NCBI GenBank assembly: GCA_964016885.1
Contig: OZ024743.1
Location: forward strand, 166,222,001 to 166,286,000
DNA length: 64,000 bases
Reading direction: 5' to 3'
Source: Eledone cirrhosa
Lineage: Eukaryota
In this document: positions 25,141-38,584 of the stretch, one piece after another
Numbering within the stretch: the first letter of the stretch is position 1
Layout: the number at the start of each line of letters is the position of its first letter
Notes under the pieces: model-generated
Seen by the model: the letters and a program-made list of their open reading frames with translations, nothing else
Told to the model about the DNA's origin: nothing
The model's database searches: none
Made by a program: the position numbers and the translations under genes

Positions 25141-26889
25141 CAGACAACCATGCAGAACAACTCCATCGCAGCTCTGTTGTTCGGCTGGCATCCGTCTACG
25201 CGCGTGTTGCGCAAGTACTGTGAAACAATAAATTTCAACACTTTTTTGCACAGAGATAATATCCATAGGCGAAACTACAATTGTCACTGCTGGCGCAGCT
25301 CATGCTTCCAGGTCTGCAATTCATTCACCCAGTGCCTGGCAGACAAAAAAGTGCTGCCATAAAATGGGTGGTGCAACCTAATTTTGGTAACTTAATGACC
25401 CCGAGCAACGCCGGGCTTTAATGCTAGTTCATATATAAACAAATTAACTATATAAATTGGAAGTGGTCGGACGTTGTATTTGTAGGTGTAGTTGGATAAA
25501 CGTTGAAACGGCTTGGTGGAATGCAGCGAAAATTTACAGTTACACAGAATGACCCGAGGAGGCGTTGGGTCGACTTTCAAGCTACAATCTTCCATGGTTA
25601 CGGAGAAAATCGATGAAACAGGAATTTCCCATTCAAATTGAACTGAGAGTAATCTATGAATGCAGAAGTAATTATTTCGAGAAACGTTGCAACCGAACGA
25701 AAACAGGAAGACGATATTTTGGTTCGTGAAGACGTTCCCTGGCAATGAACGGGAAAAAAGTGAGGAGAATACGTCGTTATGTGGAGCGTGAAGAACAATT
25801 TCATGCAAAGACAAGACCAAGTTTATGGTATAAATGGAGTCGTTAGACTAATATTCTATTTAAAATAACAGAATGATTTCCAGCCCTGGAGTTTAAGAAT
25901 GATGTAAATAAAATTGAAAACGAAAATGACAGAGGTTATTAAAATAGTAAAAGTAAATAGTGGAGATTTAGGCCAGTACATACGTATGCCCCGACGGACA
26001 TACACATACATACGCACACACAAATACATACCCCCCCACACACACACACACACAAACGCACGCGCGTATGTATAAACCTTATGTATTTCTACAGTATTTT
26101 CACCAAACTTAAGACATAGGTTACTTATGTGCTCCGGATGGTCATGGGTACTTTCATTTTTCCAGATATTGATTATAGGGCCCCCCGGCAGATAACCCCT
26201 TTAACCACTTTAACCACTTCCTTGGAGTCGACTGAAGCACTGCAGTGCAATGCAACAAAATGTCATAACTTCTGGAGTTCGCAACCGATTTTCACAAAAC
26301 TTGACACATGGGCTACGTTTGTCCTACAGATGAATGTGAACTCTCAGAATTGGCACATATTGGGTAGGGGACCCCTGGGAAAAGGAACCCCTGGGGGCAG
26401 GAACCCCTTTTTGGAAAAAGCTGATGATTTTGTAAAAGTATAGTTTTCGAAGCAGCACTGAAGTATTGACATAAATGGTATACACAATTGCTATTTAATA
26501 TCCTGCTAGTCTTATATATAAAGTGAAGCTGGGCGTTGTTTGTTTGTTTGGTGTCCTGAACTTGCAGGCTACACCGTTCATCCGATTTTCATGAAACTTG
26601 ACACATATATAAAACTCAGCCCGTAGATTGGAAGAGGCTACTTGAAATTTTCAGAAAATCGATAATCGGGCCCCCAGAAGCCAAAAATTGATATTTTCAA
26701 AAATCGTCTGATTTCGATGAAGCTCGACGCAAGTGTGTATTTTGATCCAGGGATGAACGTGGGCTACATTAAATTGATAATTAGATCACCACAGGCAAAA
26801 ATCGATATTTACAAAATTTGTCCGATTCCAATGAAATTTGACGTAGGTATGTATTTTGATGCGGGGATCAACGTGGGGTTGAAATTTTT

Positions 26890-28170
26890 TGCCTGCCTGC
26901 CGTGCTCCTCCAAGACTGCCATGCCTAACCAAGCCGCATCCCTGCCACCATCAAGTCCTGCCTTCTCCCTTCCCTGCACGCGGTCGTCCCACTTCATCGT
27001 CATGCCTCACCATGCCGCATCCATGCTCTGTCAGCCGCCATGCCCTCCCCTGCCCTCTCCCTTACCCGCACGCCTTGGTCCTTCGCGAGTGCCATGGCTC
27101 ACCATGCGGAATCCCTGCAACCGTCAATCCCGGCCATCTCCTTTCCCTGCACACTGTCGACCCACTGCATCGTCATGCCTCACCATGCCGCATCCATGAT
27201 CTGTCAGCAGTCATCCCCTCCTCAGCCCTTTATTTTGCCTGCCCGCCGTGCTCCTTCAAGACTGCCATGCCTAACCAAGCCGCATCCCTGCCACCGTCAA
27301 CCCCTGCCCTCTCCTTTGCCCGCACGCCTTGGTCCCTCACGACTGCCATGGCTCACCATGCGGCATTGCTGCCCTGTCAGCAACTTGCTCAAATGTCATC
27401 AGCATGGTTTATTCCTGCGCCGCACATAACCGCCCATTATCTCAGACCAAAGACAGCACCGAATATGAAGACGATCATGTGTAAGTTTTTTTACATTCAT
27501 TTTGAACATATTTAACAAAATTCAACAAAAATTCATCCCTTTCTCCTCCAAAGCCTACCGATCATGTATGGCCGATAAACATCCTGCCTTGCACCCGGTT
27601 TTCTCAAACGATCATCGTGCCTCCCGGTGCTCTCTATATTCCCGAGGTGCAACTCAATTGGCATGCCACATCCACGCCCTGTCAGCCGCCATGCACCCTG
27701 CCCTTTCGTCATGCCTCATCATGTTGCATCCCTGCCCTGTCAGCCGCCATCCACTCCTCGACCCTTTCCAATGCCTAGGCATAGCAGTCTTGAGGGACCA
27801 AGTCGCATCCCTGCCACCGTCAACCCCTGCCCTCTCCGTTTCCTGCACGCCATCATCCCACTGCATCGTCATGCATCACCATGCCGCATCAATGCTCTAT
27901 CAGCCGCCATCCTCTCCTCGTCCCTTTCTTTTGCCTGCCCGTAGTGCTCCTTCAAGACTGCCATGGCTCACCATGCGGCATCCTTGCCACCGTCAACCCC
28001 TGCCCTCTTCCTTGCCCGCTGACCGTCGTCCCACTGCATCGTCATGCCTCAGGATGCCGCATCCATGCACTGTCAGCCACCATCCCCCTCCTCGGCCCTT
28101 TCTTTTGCCTGATCACCGTGCTCCTTCGAGACTCTCATGGCTATCTATGCCGCATCAATTCCTTGCCACT
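26890..28170 (+). repeat. GC-rich degenerate ~60-bp minisatellite inside a Helitron (also 47097-47590)
   Basis: Recurrent catgcctcaccatgccgcatcc; explains the overlapping Pro/His/Cys-rich ORFs. Confidence 0.85.
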
Positions 28171-30158
28171 CGCTTAAACGTCATCAGCATGGCTTATTGT
28201 TGCCCCTTTTGACCACCGATTTTCGCAGGCTAAACACAATACCAATGTGCACGATACTCCATGGTAAATCTTTTTAATTTCATGTTCATCATGCTAAGCA
28301 AAAGATGAATAGCAACTCTTTCATTTCTCCTGACATGCCTTTCTGTCAATTATGGCCGAGAAGCATCCTGTGTAGCATCGCGTCTTCTCAAGCAATCAGC
28401 GTGCCTTCCACTGTCCTCACAATTGACTCACAACGCCGCATCTATTCCCTGCGACACCCCTAAACATCATCAGCATGGCTTATTTTTCTGCCGCGTTTAA
28501 CCGGCCCTCATTCTAGGCCATAAACAACAAAACCACACGATGATGCTGCGTAAGTCTATTTAAATTAATGGTCAACATGTTCAGCAAAACAATTGTACCA
28601 ATTCTTCTTCTTCACCTCCAAGGCCTATCCATTACATCTTAGAGGTCGGGATTCGCAATTTCTACGATTTCAATATTGACACAACAGCCTGTCAGGTTTT
28701 TCGGCACATGTTGCTCCGATAGGAATATCAACGTGATTTTCACTTAATTCGTAAGTGTTCAGTCTTCCGTATGCTTTTATTTTTTATTGATACAACACCG
28801 ACTACAATCATCTAACTTCACTTTGTAGGCTAGACACGAATCAAAAGGAAAACAATCCTCTGATATACAACCCCACCAAATTCTTTGGTCTACCTAGATT
28901 TCAATGGCTATATCCTTTGCTTTTGTACGGTTGTACATTTGACAATGTCGCAAAACATTATTCCACTTGATTCTTACCTTTCAGCTATGAATTGGGCAGT
29001 GCCTTAAAATCCCGGTTTATTTGTGTGCAATTTTTTGGTATCTTATGAATGGAGAATCGAAAACCCTTTTTCTCATAACCTGATACATGCGTTACACATG
29101 CTCCATGGATGTTTGTGGACTATTTTTTCAAAATACCAATATCACAGATTGGAGCACAAAAAGAATCGTTTGTTCTTCATTTATTTCGGTTAAAGCATCC
29201 TGCTGGAATTTAGCGCAGACCCGTTTAAATCCAGCGCCTTATAGCCCCGAGTGTAACCGGGTACACCAGCTAGAAAGACAAATAGAAACATTGTTTCCTT
29301 GGTCCGATTTGACGAAGGTCGATTTAGTTCCTCAACAAATTAACAAACCATACTTGAAGACACATTGAGGCTGTTGCAAACCCTAGACACAATTTTGATC
29401 AACTTTTTTTCACCTATAGCAAATTTACCGGGACAGGTTTTTAGCTACTCAAATCTACTTCAGAGGTCACGCATTCATGTAAAAAAATCAATAAAACTGA
29501 AGCGGGGGTTCGACTTTGTGCAAAAAACAAGGCAAAGTTGCACATGGGAAAACTTTTTACAGGAACATCCGATTTTCTTGAAAACTGTCGTAAAAGACTC
29601 GCCATTATACCGCAGTTCAGATAAAGTCCTTTTTATTTCTTCTTCTGCCCATGTGAGCGCGAAAAATCAACTGAAAATTCAATTTCAAGTGAATTTGACT
29701 TCCGTCAGTCGTGCAAAGAACAATTTCAACGATACACTGTGAACTTACAATTGATCCATTATTTATGCTCAATTACACACCTGCGTCTACTAACCTCTGT
29801 TTTTTTCCTTGAGGTTCGAAGGTTTTTGCACCTGTGATGCGCAGGAAGTAACTTTCACACATCTTAACAGAACAAAGGTCGACTTACACCCGGGCAACGC
29901 CGGATACTTCTGCTAGTATATTTATATTTCCTTCTTTAGTCAATAAAATGGAGCAAAGCTAGTAATAGGAAACATGTTCAGTGTTTTTGCCAATGTTTCC
30001 ATTCTTAAGTTTTCTGTTATATATGAACTTTCGAATCATGCTTTCTCCTAGTATACCAATGTGTGGAGGTGTACATGCTTTGCGAACTGTTTTCCTAGAC
30101 ACTCAAGCATTTCCAATGCACCACTTGTTATTATCCAAGCAGACAGAATTATTTGATA

Positions 30159-31319
30159 CTAGCAGTGTATCCCGGTGTTGCACGGGTAAGAACATTGGTA
30201 ATAGCACCTCCAATGAGAAACGTTTATTTGTGTTGGCCTGTTAAAAACTCACGAAAATATACCGAAGGAAACTTGTTTTATTTGGAGAAAATTAAGAAGT
30301 TGAAAGTACAGTTTAGCTGTCTACGTGCATTGTTCATAGAAATATTGTTGAGCCCCTTCTTTTCATACTCCTCTGTTTTGGCCTTTTGGAGTAAATGTGA
30401 AAGAGAGAAAGTCACAGATTAAGTTGGCAGAAGGTTCCAGTGTCATAGCTGTAAGGCGTAGGCTACTTACCTTAAAAGTTCATTCGCACTCTTTCCACTA
30501 AGTTACTCTTTCTCTCTATCCCTCTCGGTGCAGACCCTTGCGAATTTCTCGCATAGGCCTGGTGTAGATTTGCACCCGATCCATCTGTCCGATGCACATG
30601 TCCGCTTTGTACGGCTTTTGGAAGAAGGAGTGACCAGCAGTACGTTGTTCGGTATTATTTCGAAAAGGTGTAGCAGAGAATCCTGCGTACACTAACAGCT
30701 CGGGAGGAAACTGCTTACCTCGAAGATTCATTTGCCATCATTCTTGTCAATGCTCTGTTTAGTTGGTATTTGTTGGTCTACAGTTTGGTGAATGGCGCAC
30801 AAAGGGTTAATGTTTATTGGCAAGAAGTGCAACTGGGCTGGCTTGCCTCGCTTATATTATATATTAAAATAACAGATTAAAGTTTAAGCAAAGAATCGCT
30901 GCTTTCACCCTTAACGGGATCTTCTGAAACTAAAAAAATCAATCTGTGAACGCAGAAGTAAATATTTCGAAAAACGTTGCAACCAAAGGAAAACAGGAAG
31001 ATGATACTTTGGTTCGTGAAGACATTCCCTGGCAATGAACGGAAAAAAAACGAAGATAATACTTCATCAATGTTTGTCAGAATGTCGTAATGCAGACAGC
31101 CAGATATTATAAGGGCGCGACGGAGATGGATAACCGGCACCTAACACCCCTTTAACAAGAGAAAATTGAAAAATAAAAGCTGCAGTTAATATCTTTAGAC
31201 CGCAAGGAATATATAAATGCAAGTTTGAAGTCAATTGGAGTAGAAATGTGGATTTGTATAGACTTTGCAAAAATGAGGACACACACACAGACAACTACAG
31301 TTTTATATATATGTATAGA
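30159..31319 (-). mobile_element. Helitron-like element, opposite orientation
   Basis: TCTATACATATATATAAAA start and CCCGTGCAACACCGGG...CTAG end on the minus strand. Confidence 0.65.
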
Positions 31320-31726
31320 TAGTATGACTGGCTTTCTGACTTATACTGAATTACTAAATAATAACAAATTACTTGAAGATGTTTGTAGTTTATCCCCCAT
31401 TCTCTGTTAAGATGGCTTTAAGGGTTGTTGAATTTAAAACAATAGTTTAGCTGTAACTACACATTTCTGCCTTTAATTGTTATAACATAACTTATTCTAC
31501 GTTCTCTTTCCATAGGTCTGGTGCAATCATAGGCAAACTGTAGCTGGTTTGGCTTTCTGAATGGCACGCCTAATTTCAAAATTGTCTTGAATTTTTTTGT
31601 AGTGTGGCCCGCCTTATGATGAGCCACATCCTAAGTAGCCCACTGCTCAAAAAAGATTGCTCATGTTTGTCTAGTATAAATATATGACAATAATTAAAAC
31701 AAATATCCAATGTTAGCTACTTACTG

Positions 31727-31930
31727 TTTAAGGGTTAGTCTGCCACGTGGTCCCAGCAGACAAAATGGAAAAGACATTGCCCTAGAGGATGTTGCGGTAG
31801 ACATGCTGGAACAGCCACTCAAACTCGCAAGGCTCTCTCTTGCCAGTAGCCAACTCTGCCCTGATAGAAGTGAGTATGGATGTGGTCCAAGTGCCAAGAA
31901 TGCCATAAGTCTCCACTGCCACAAGCTAAA
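31727..31930 (-). mobile_element. 3' remnant of a restriction-like-endonuclease (CRE-type) non-LTR retrotransposon
   Basis: LVAVETYGILG...WLFQHVYRNIL*GNVFSIL matches the RLE C-terminal pattern PxAVETxG...LxQRxSxAxQRGNAxSIL. Confidence 0.65.
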
Positions 31931-31939
31931 ACACATACC

Positions 31940-32055
31940 TATCAGAAAGCAGCTAATACTTTTAACTATCATCCTATTGCATTCACTTCTAACATCTCAA
32001 AAGTGATGTGGACAGCCATTAACAACATCATGCTCCAGCACTTTGAATCTAAATG
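31940..32055 (+). mobile_element. Small CR1/I-like RT fragment
   Basis: NYHPIAFTSNISKVMWTAINNIMLQHFES resembles NYRPIALTS..SKVME. Confidence 0.6.
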
Positions 32056-33379
32056 AAATACACTCTACTTCAATTAATTAATGACGAATTTTGGCTTTTT
32101 TCATTTTGTGCTTGTTTATTTTCACTCGTGCATTGATTGTAGATGACACTGATGCCAAAACCTTCTTTAGCCCTTTCCTTACCATTTTTCTAACAAAAGA
32201 GACTGTTTATGATTTTCAACTCATTTTGAAAATTATCAAGAACTTGGAGGGTAATACAACCAATTTTCTCATTATTTATCTGGTGCTTGGATCATAACTT
32301 AATGCATATTCTTACATGGAATTATAATGGAAGGGTTGCAGATGAATATAAACAATTTAAAATGAACAGTTTTGTATTGTAGGACCAAGAATGGTTTAAA
32401 TTAGTTTGGTTTCAAAATGATTAATAGTAAATGTACCTTTGCAAAACACTGACAAGGGGCAGTATGTAACTAAAACACTTCTCTTTCCATAGTCATAGAT
32501 CAAGAGCTCATCATATAAGTACAACCTCTTCCGAATGAGACCTGAAAACTAGGGAGTTAAAACTGAAAGGACCCAAAAAGACTAACATATTCTAGGTAAC
32601 ATTGACAATAGAGCTCAAAGTAAGAAAACAAAACAATCTCATCAGATTCACATAATTCATTTTGCATGCTCTGCTTATATATACACATACATATATTAGA
32701 AGTGGCACTAACAAAGCATGGTTAGTCAATGGTGTGGATATGAAAACTATGATAAAAAAGTTTATAGTGAGACTCTCGTATGTTTATTATCATCATCATC
32801 ATCATCATCTTCATTTAACGTCCATCGTCCACGCAAGCATGGGTTAGACGGGAGTTGTCCCACTTGAGGCAAGGTAGGTCGGGTGACCGTGTCTCGCTCA
32901 TATAGGACTATCTGGCAGGTTTTCTACGGCTGGATGCCCTTCCTAACACCAACCACATTTACAGTCTGGAACTGCGAACTTTTTACCGTGTTACCTACAC
33001 AGCCACATTACAGCATGGACTGTTTTTTTTTTTGTTTTTTTATACATACACATATTGTATATGCTTTCATATACACACATTCATATATATGTATATGAAT
33101 ACAGGTTTAACTTATGTCCCGGTTTGAGGGTCTGTCCTGCTCTGGCCAGGGTTGTCCCTGTCTGGTTTATTAATTTGCCACAGAATGTCCCAGATGTAGA
33201 TACAAAAGAGAGAAATGAGAAAGGTTAAAATCTGCATAGACTCCTGACTTCATGTTGACAGAAAATCATTTTATGAATTTTGTCTATTTGTTTGTCTATA
33301 TCAAAATTGTGATGTACCTGTTTGATAAAATATTTGGCTGCTGCCTCTAGCATATTTTTCTTAACTGTCTTAAACTCCA

Positions 33380-33590
33380 GTTTACTGGCTTGTGACTACA
33401 AACTGGATGCAAGTGAATTGCATGATTGCGTGGACACTCACTCAGGTTGATGAAACAGCATTTGAATATCATTACTGAATCCAACTTCTTTGCACTGCAG
33501 GTAGTAAAATCCTGGAACCAAATGATATTGTGAATGAACCCACTCTGGCTTCCTTCAAAGAGAAACTGAGGATCCTGCTCATTTGAGCTA
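33380..33590 (+). mobile_element. CR1 LINE 3' end nested in a probable MITE (~33103-33735)
   Basis: RGHSLRL...NFFALQVVKSWN...TLASFKEKL. Confidence 0.65.
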
Positions 33591-33974
33591 AAAGTCCACC
33601 AACTAAACTAAACTATGACTATATTTAAGGACATTTGCAGAAGTACATTTTAGAAGGTGTTGATTATGTTAATGAAGTCATTACTATATTTTTTTAATTC
33701 AGAAAGAAAACATTTTGCATAATGTAGGAAACCCTCAATTAGCTACCACTTGAAGTATTTTAAGAGTAAAATTATTTACTTGGATAATGGTTAAAGTGAT
33801 TGATTTATTATAAGATAGACTGGAAGCTACAGTACTTGACAATGAAACAGAGATAATGTAGGATTTGAGAGAACTCTTTAATCTGGACAAACATGCAACG
33901 ACTTCTCTACTGCTGATGCTACAATAAAGAACGCCCAGTACACTCTATAATGAGGTAGTGGTGGTGCCCCCAAA

Positions 33975-34735
33975 AATGTAATGATATAATGATATACAGA
34001 GGAACTAGAGAATAAATTCTGGCTATGGAAACAGCAGTTGGAATCAAAAGGACTGAGAGTGAACCAAGCTAAGACAAAAGTGTTGATGAGTAGAAAAGAG
34101 GACAAAACTCTGATTCCATCAGGGAAATGGCTATGTCCGATGTGTTGAAAAAGAACTGGCATAAATTCTATAAAATGTACACTATGCAGATCTTGGGTAC
34201 ACAAGAGTTGTAGTGGGATAGCAGGCAAATTAACAGGTAGGGAAAATTACGTATGCAGTATGAAAGGCCAGTTATATGATGCCTGTGTGAGATGTGTGAT
34301 GCTGCATGATAGTGAGAAATGGGCAGCAACTACAGAGGATATGCGACGGCTGGAGAGAAATGAAGCAAGCATGCTCCGTTGGATGTGCAATGTCAATGTG
34401 TGTGAACGACCAAGCATAGATGAGTTGAGAGAGAAACTGTGTATAAGAGGGATAAGATGTAGTGTGTGGGAGAGAAGGCTGCGATGGTATGGACATGTGA
34501 TGCGCATGGAGGATGACGGCTGGGTAAAGATATGCCAAGAAATCCCAGTAGAAGGAAGACGCAGTAGAAGAAGACCACGAAAAACATGGGCGGAGGTGGT
34601 GAGAGCAGACCTCAGATCGCTGAAGCTCACAGGAGATGACGAAGGACCGTGACAAGTGGAGAGATGCTGTGCTGAATAGGACCCGTCTCACCCTTACAAG
34701 CAGGGAAAAGCGGACGTATGATGATGACGACTGTC
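33975..34735 (+). mobile_element. RTE family A-like 3' fragment
   Basis: Cys-rich insert, LRWYGHVMRMED, RPRKTW and (GAT) tail. Confidence 0.85.
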
Positions 34736-35435
34736 ATCATCCCCACCTACCTATGACATCATACTTATTCTACCTCCACACATAAAGAGTAGAGAGGGCT
34801 CTTCTCTTTGAGACAATGATCGACAACCTCTTTAGTGCTGGTGCTACGATAAAATACCCCCAGTAAACCCTGTAAGCTGTATGGGGACAGAAAGGACAAC
34901 CAGCTATAGAAACCAAGCCAAAAAGGGTTGAAAAAACTCTTCAATTGCGTCAGGGGCACAACAACCTCTTTAGTTGATGACACAATAAAACACACCCAAT
35001 ATACTCTGTAAGGTGGTTGGTGATAGGAATGGCATCCAGCCATAGAAAACTCATCAAGAGGACTCTCCAGTTGCATCAAAAATATGACGCAACTGTTACG
35101 ATAAAATATGACATTTTATCGTAACTCCCTGGTGTTATGATAAAATGTACCTGATGTGCATTTTGTTAAGAGCAGGAAAATATGTCAACTAACTGCATTC
35201 TCAGGTGTCTGAGAGGTCAGTAGCTCTGATAAACCGACTTGGTTTGTGACAACCTTTGCAACTTTTTAAATTATGATGATTTTTTTTAATTGTCTGAAAA
35301 ATATTTAAAGAATGAAATAGATTTTTTTTTTCAAAATCGATTAACAAAATATTAGAAATACAAAAAGAAAAAGCATAATAATTTGTAAAATATGAAAAAA
35401 ACAAGAATTTTAGATATATAAGAATTTGAGCAATA

Positions 35436-38400
35436 GGTGACACCTGCGGCTCCCAAGAAAACTTTCACAACCCAGTGACGTAACTACGACGAGGCAAATA
35501 AAGGCTGCCTCTAAATAAGCCTAGTCTTTGTGGATTTGATATTCTAAGCAGGGCTGTTCTGCTAGAGAATGGGTTGCAGGTGGGGGATAGTGATACAGCC
35601 ACCAGATATGATGGCTAGTTGTGGTGTGAGAGGGGCAACTGCCGGACAAATAAGTAACCCCGGACCAACAGCGGTAAACTACTAGGGGAGATGAAGCAAT
35701 GGGTGACACCTGCACCTCCCAAGAAAACTCTTACAACCCAGTGACGTAGCTACGACGAGGTGAGTAAAGGCTGCCTTTAAATAAACCTAGTCTTCGCAGA
35801 TTTGACAAAGTACCAGATTGGTGACTGGCGCGAATAAGACCTCCAAAACTGAAACTGCAATATGATGAGGAAAAGAATGAAAAACCATACCATACTGTCC
35901 TTTGTACAGGTTAATAAGGGATGTGTCTAGGCCTGTTCGAAAAGTATATTGTAGTCTACATTTCATGCCGCAAAAACTGGCCTGTCCTGGGAGGCGTGGG
36001 ATGGACACAGAAAGGTAGCATATCCAGAGACCCAAAAGACGATCCGGAAGGGAACAAACGGTAACAGTTAGAATGTGGAACATCAAAACCCTTACAGATA
36101 AGGAGCAGTAACTAATGGAGGAGACTAGTGCTACCGGCTAGATATAGTCAGGGTTTCCTCAACAAATTTCTACGGCTCTGACACTGTAGATTTGGAAGGA
36201 GGATAGAAACTCCACTATTCAGGTGTGGCGTCAGAAATGACTGCACAGGTAAGAGTGAGGATACTCACAAGCCCCTGACTGTCAGAATGTTATGGACTGG
36301 ATCCCGTTAGGAGGGAGGATTTGCCCCTGGAAACTTAGGCTGAAAGATAGGTCTGTGAGTGGTGCAAGTTTAAACACCAAATAAGGAGTCCAAATGCAGG
36401 TCCTTTCTTGATGAAGTCACTACAGTGTTAGGTGTAGTTATGACTGAGTCATATATCCTGATGGGAGACTTCAATGCAGATGTTGGCACTGACAATCTAA
36501 CATGGAAAGGAGTGATTGGATGGAATGGCGACCCCTAATCTGAATACAAATGGAAAGGCCTTGCTAGACTTCTGTTCTAACAATGGACTCTATTATGAAC
36601 ACCTTCTTCCAGTACAAAAACATCCATAAATATACATGGTAAAGGGGAACGAGCAATAGAAACCAATAATTAATTTTGTAATGGTCTCTGATCTCTTTGA
36701 TTCTGAGTTGGATGTATGTGTTAAGAGAGGAGCTGAGCTGTCAACTGATCACCATCTAATTATCTGCAAATTGAAACTACCTAAAGCCAAAGAAGCCCAC
36801 AACAGGTCTAGAGCGATCTACAGGTTAAAGTGGGAAGCATTGGTGGATAAGGAAGTCAGGACCAGGTATGCAGATACTATTGCATCCAAATTCAGAGAAC
36901 TCCCTGAGTAAACTGAGGACATTGAGACAGAGTGGAGATTGTTCAGCACAACAGTTTCTGCTTCAGCTATTAAATGTTGTGGGCAAAAGAGGCTTGGTGT
37001 GGCGCCAAATGGCAGGAAGACTCCTTGGTTCAATCAAGAGGTCAAAAATGCCATTCAAGCAAAGAAGGAGGTTTACAAAGCTTAGCTTGGAAATAAGTCC
37101 TCCTTCTTACACTTGCAGTACAAGCAGGCACGAAAAATCACAGCAGAGACAGTAAAAGCATCCAAAGTTAAGACATGGGAGGACTATGGGGTTAAGCTGG
37201 AATCCGACTAAAAATCAGCAAATAAAGTCTTCTGGCAGACCATCCGCCAGCTTCGTAATAAAAAAACTCTCCTCCACACCTGCTATCATGAACATGTCTG
37301 GGGTTCTTCTCTCTTCAGAGAAGTGAATCCTCACAAGGTGGAGAGAATACTTTGCTATCTCCTAAATCCAATCACAACAGCATCTTCGGATGTACACAAG
37401 GTGCATCTGGGAGCGGTGACTAATCTCTCTGAGGCTGAGGTTGCAGGAGCAGTCAAAGAGCTCAAATGTGGCAAAGCCGCTGGGGAAGATTAAATCCTGC
37501 CCAAGATGTTAAAAGCCTTAAATAGAGAAGGTATTCTCTGGCTGACTCATGTGTGCCAGATGGCCTGGATCTCTGGAAGGGCACCTAAGCAATTCCAATC
37601 AGGAGTGATAATCCCAATTTTTAAAAGGGAGACAAGAGATTGTTCCAATTACAGAAGGATCACCTAGTTAAGTCTCCTCAGTTAAGTCTATGCTAAGTGT
37701 CTGGAAAAGAGATTGTCAAGTCTAAGCTAGCTGATCAACAGTGTGGTTTTCGCCCCCAGACACAGCACAGCTGACCAAATATTCACTGTGACCGGTATTC
37801 TAGAAATCTTGGTAGTATTGCCAAGAAGTATATTCTTGTTTTGTCAGCCTTGTAAAGGGGTATGACCTCATTCCTTAGGACCTGCTGTGGAAGGCTGTAC
37901 AGGAGTGTGGGATCGATGATCAGCTTCTTGCTGCCCTGATGTCTCTATACAAATGCTCAGGTATTTGTGTTCACATAAATGGTGCTAAATCAAAACCATT
38001 CAATGTGGAAGTCGGACTCTGCAAAGGGTGCGTACTATCACCTCTCCTGTTTATTATTTACATGAACAGAATTAACATGCACAGCCGGGTTGGAAGAGGT
38101 ATCATGACTGGCAGGTGTAAAATGAGTTGGCTGGAATTTGCAGACAAGATGATGTTACTCAACTCGACAGAAGATGATCTTCGACTTGCACTTGATAGGT
38201 TTGATGACGAGTGTTGCATGGTTGGAATGAAAATCAGTGCTGTGAAAACTGAGACACTTGTCCTCTCAAGGAAGCCTGCACAGTGCACACTACATGTGAA
38301 TGGAGTTCCACTGAAGCAGGTAGAGATGTTCAAGGACCTCGATGCCATGAGGCTGAATTAAGTGCAAGAATTACAAAAGCTGGCGCAGTAATGTGCCAGC

Positions 38401-38575
38401 TTCAGTATTCAGTAATTAGAAGGGAAGTAGATATAAAAGCCAAACTGACTATCTTAAATTCAATATTCGTGCCAACCCTTACCTATGGTCATGAATACTG
38501 TGTAATGACTGAAAGAATACAATCCTGAATATAAGCAACTGAAATGGGATTCCTCTGAAAGGTCTTTGGAATAAT
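35436..38575 (+). mobile_element. Near full-length degenerate RTE LINE family B (5'UTR, APE, RT)
   Basis: MGDFNADVG, LSTDHHL, GCVLSPLLFIIYM, LEFAD and TYGHE motifs. Confidence 0.9.
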
Positions 38576-38584
38576 GGGACTGAC

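Larger units (their letters stand above)
23947..29916 (+). mobile_element. Three head-to-tail Helitron-like elements (23947-25427, 25428-26509, 26510-29916)
   Basis: TC...TATATAAA 5' ends; CCCG(A/G)GCAACGCCGG hairpin plus CTAG at 25424 and 29913; CTAG|TC junction at 26506-26511. Confidence 0.7.

Noticed and set aside
26717-28212. Long overlapping Pro/His/Cys-rich ORFs (also 46946-47628)
   Set aside because: Artefacts of a GC-rich minisatellite that is open in several frames.
31721-31972. 83-aa ORF with a gtaagt donor-like site
   Set aside because: Another frame on the same strand is a CRE-type endonuclease remnant.
33318-33396. Candidate minus-strand exon ...MLEAAAKYFIKQ
   Set aside because: Lies within a MITE/CR1 remnant, has a weak donor and is not needed for the gene model.
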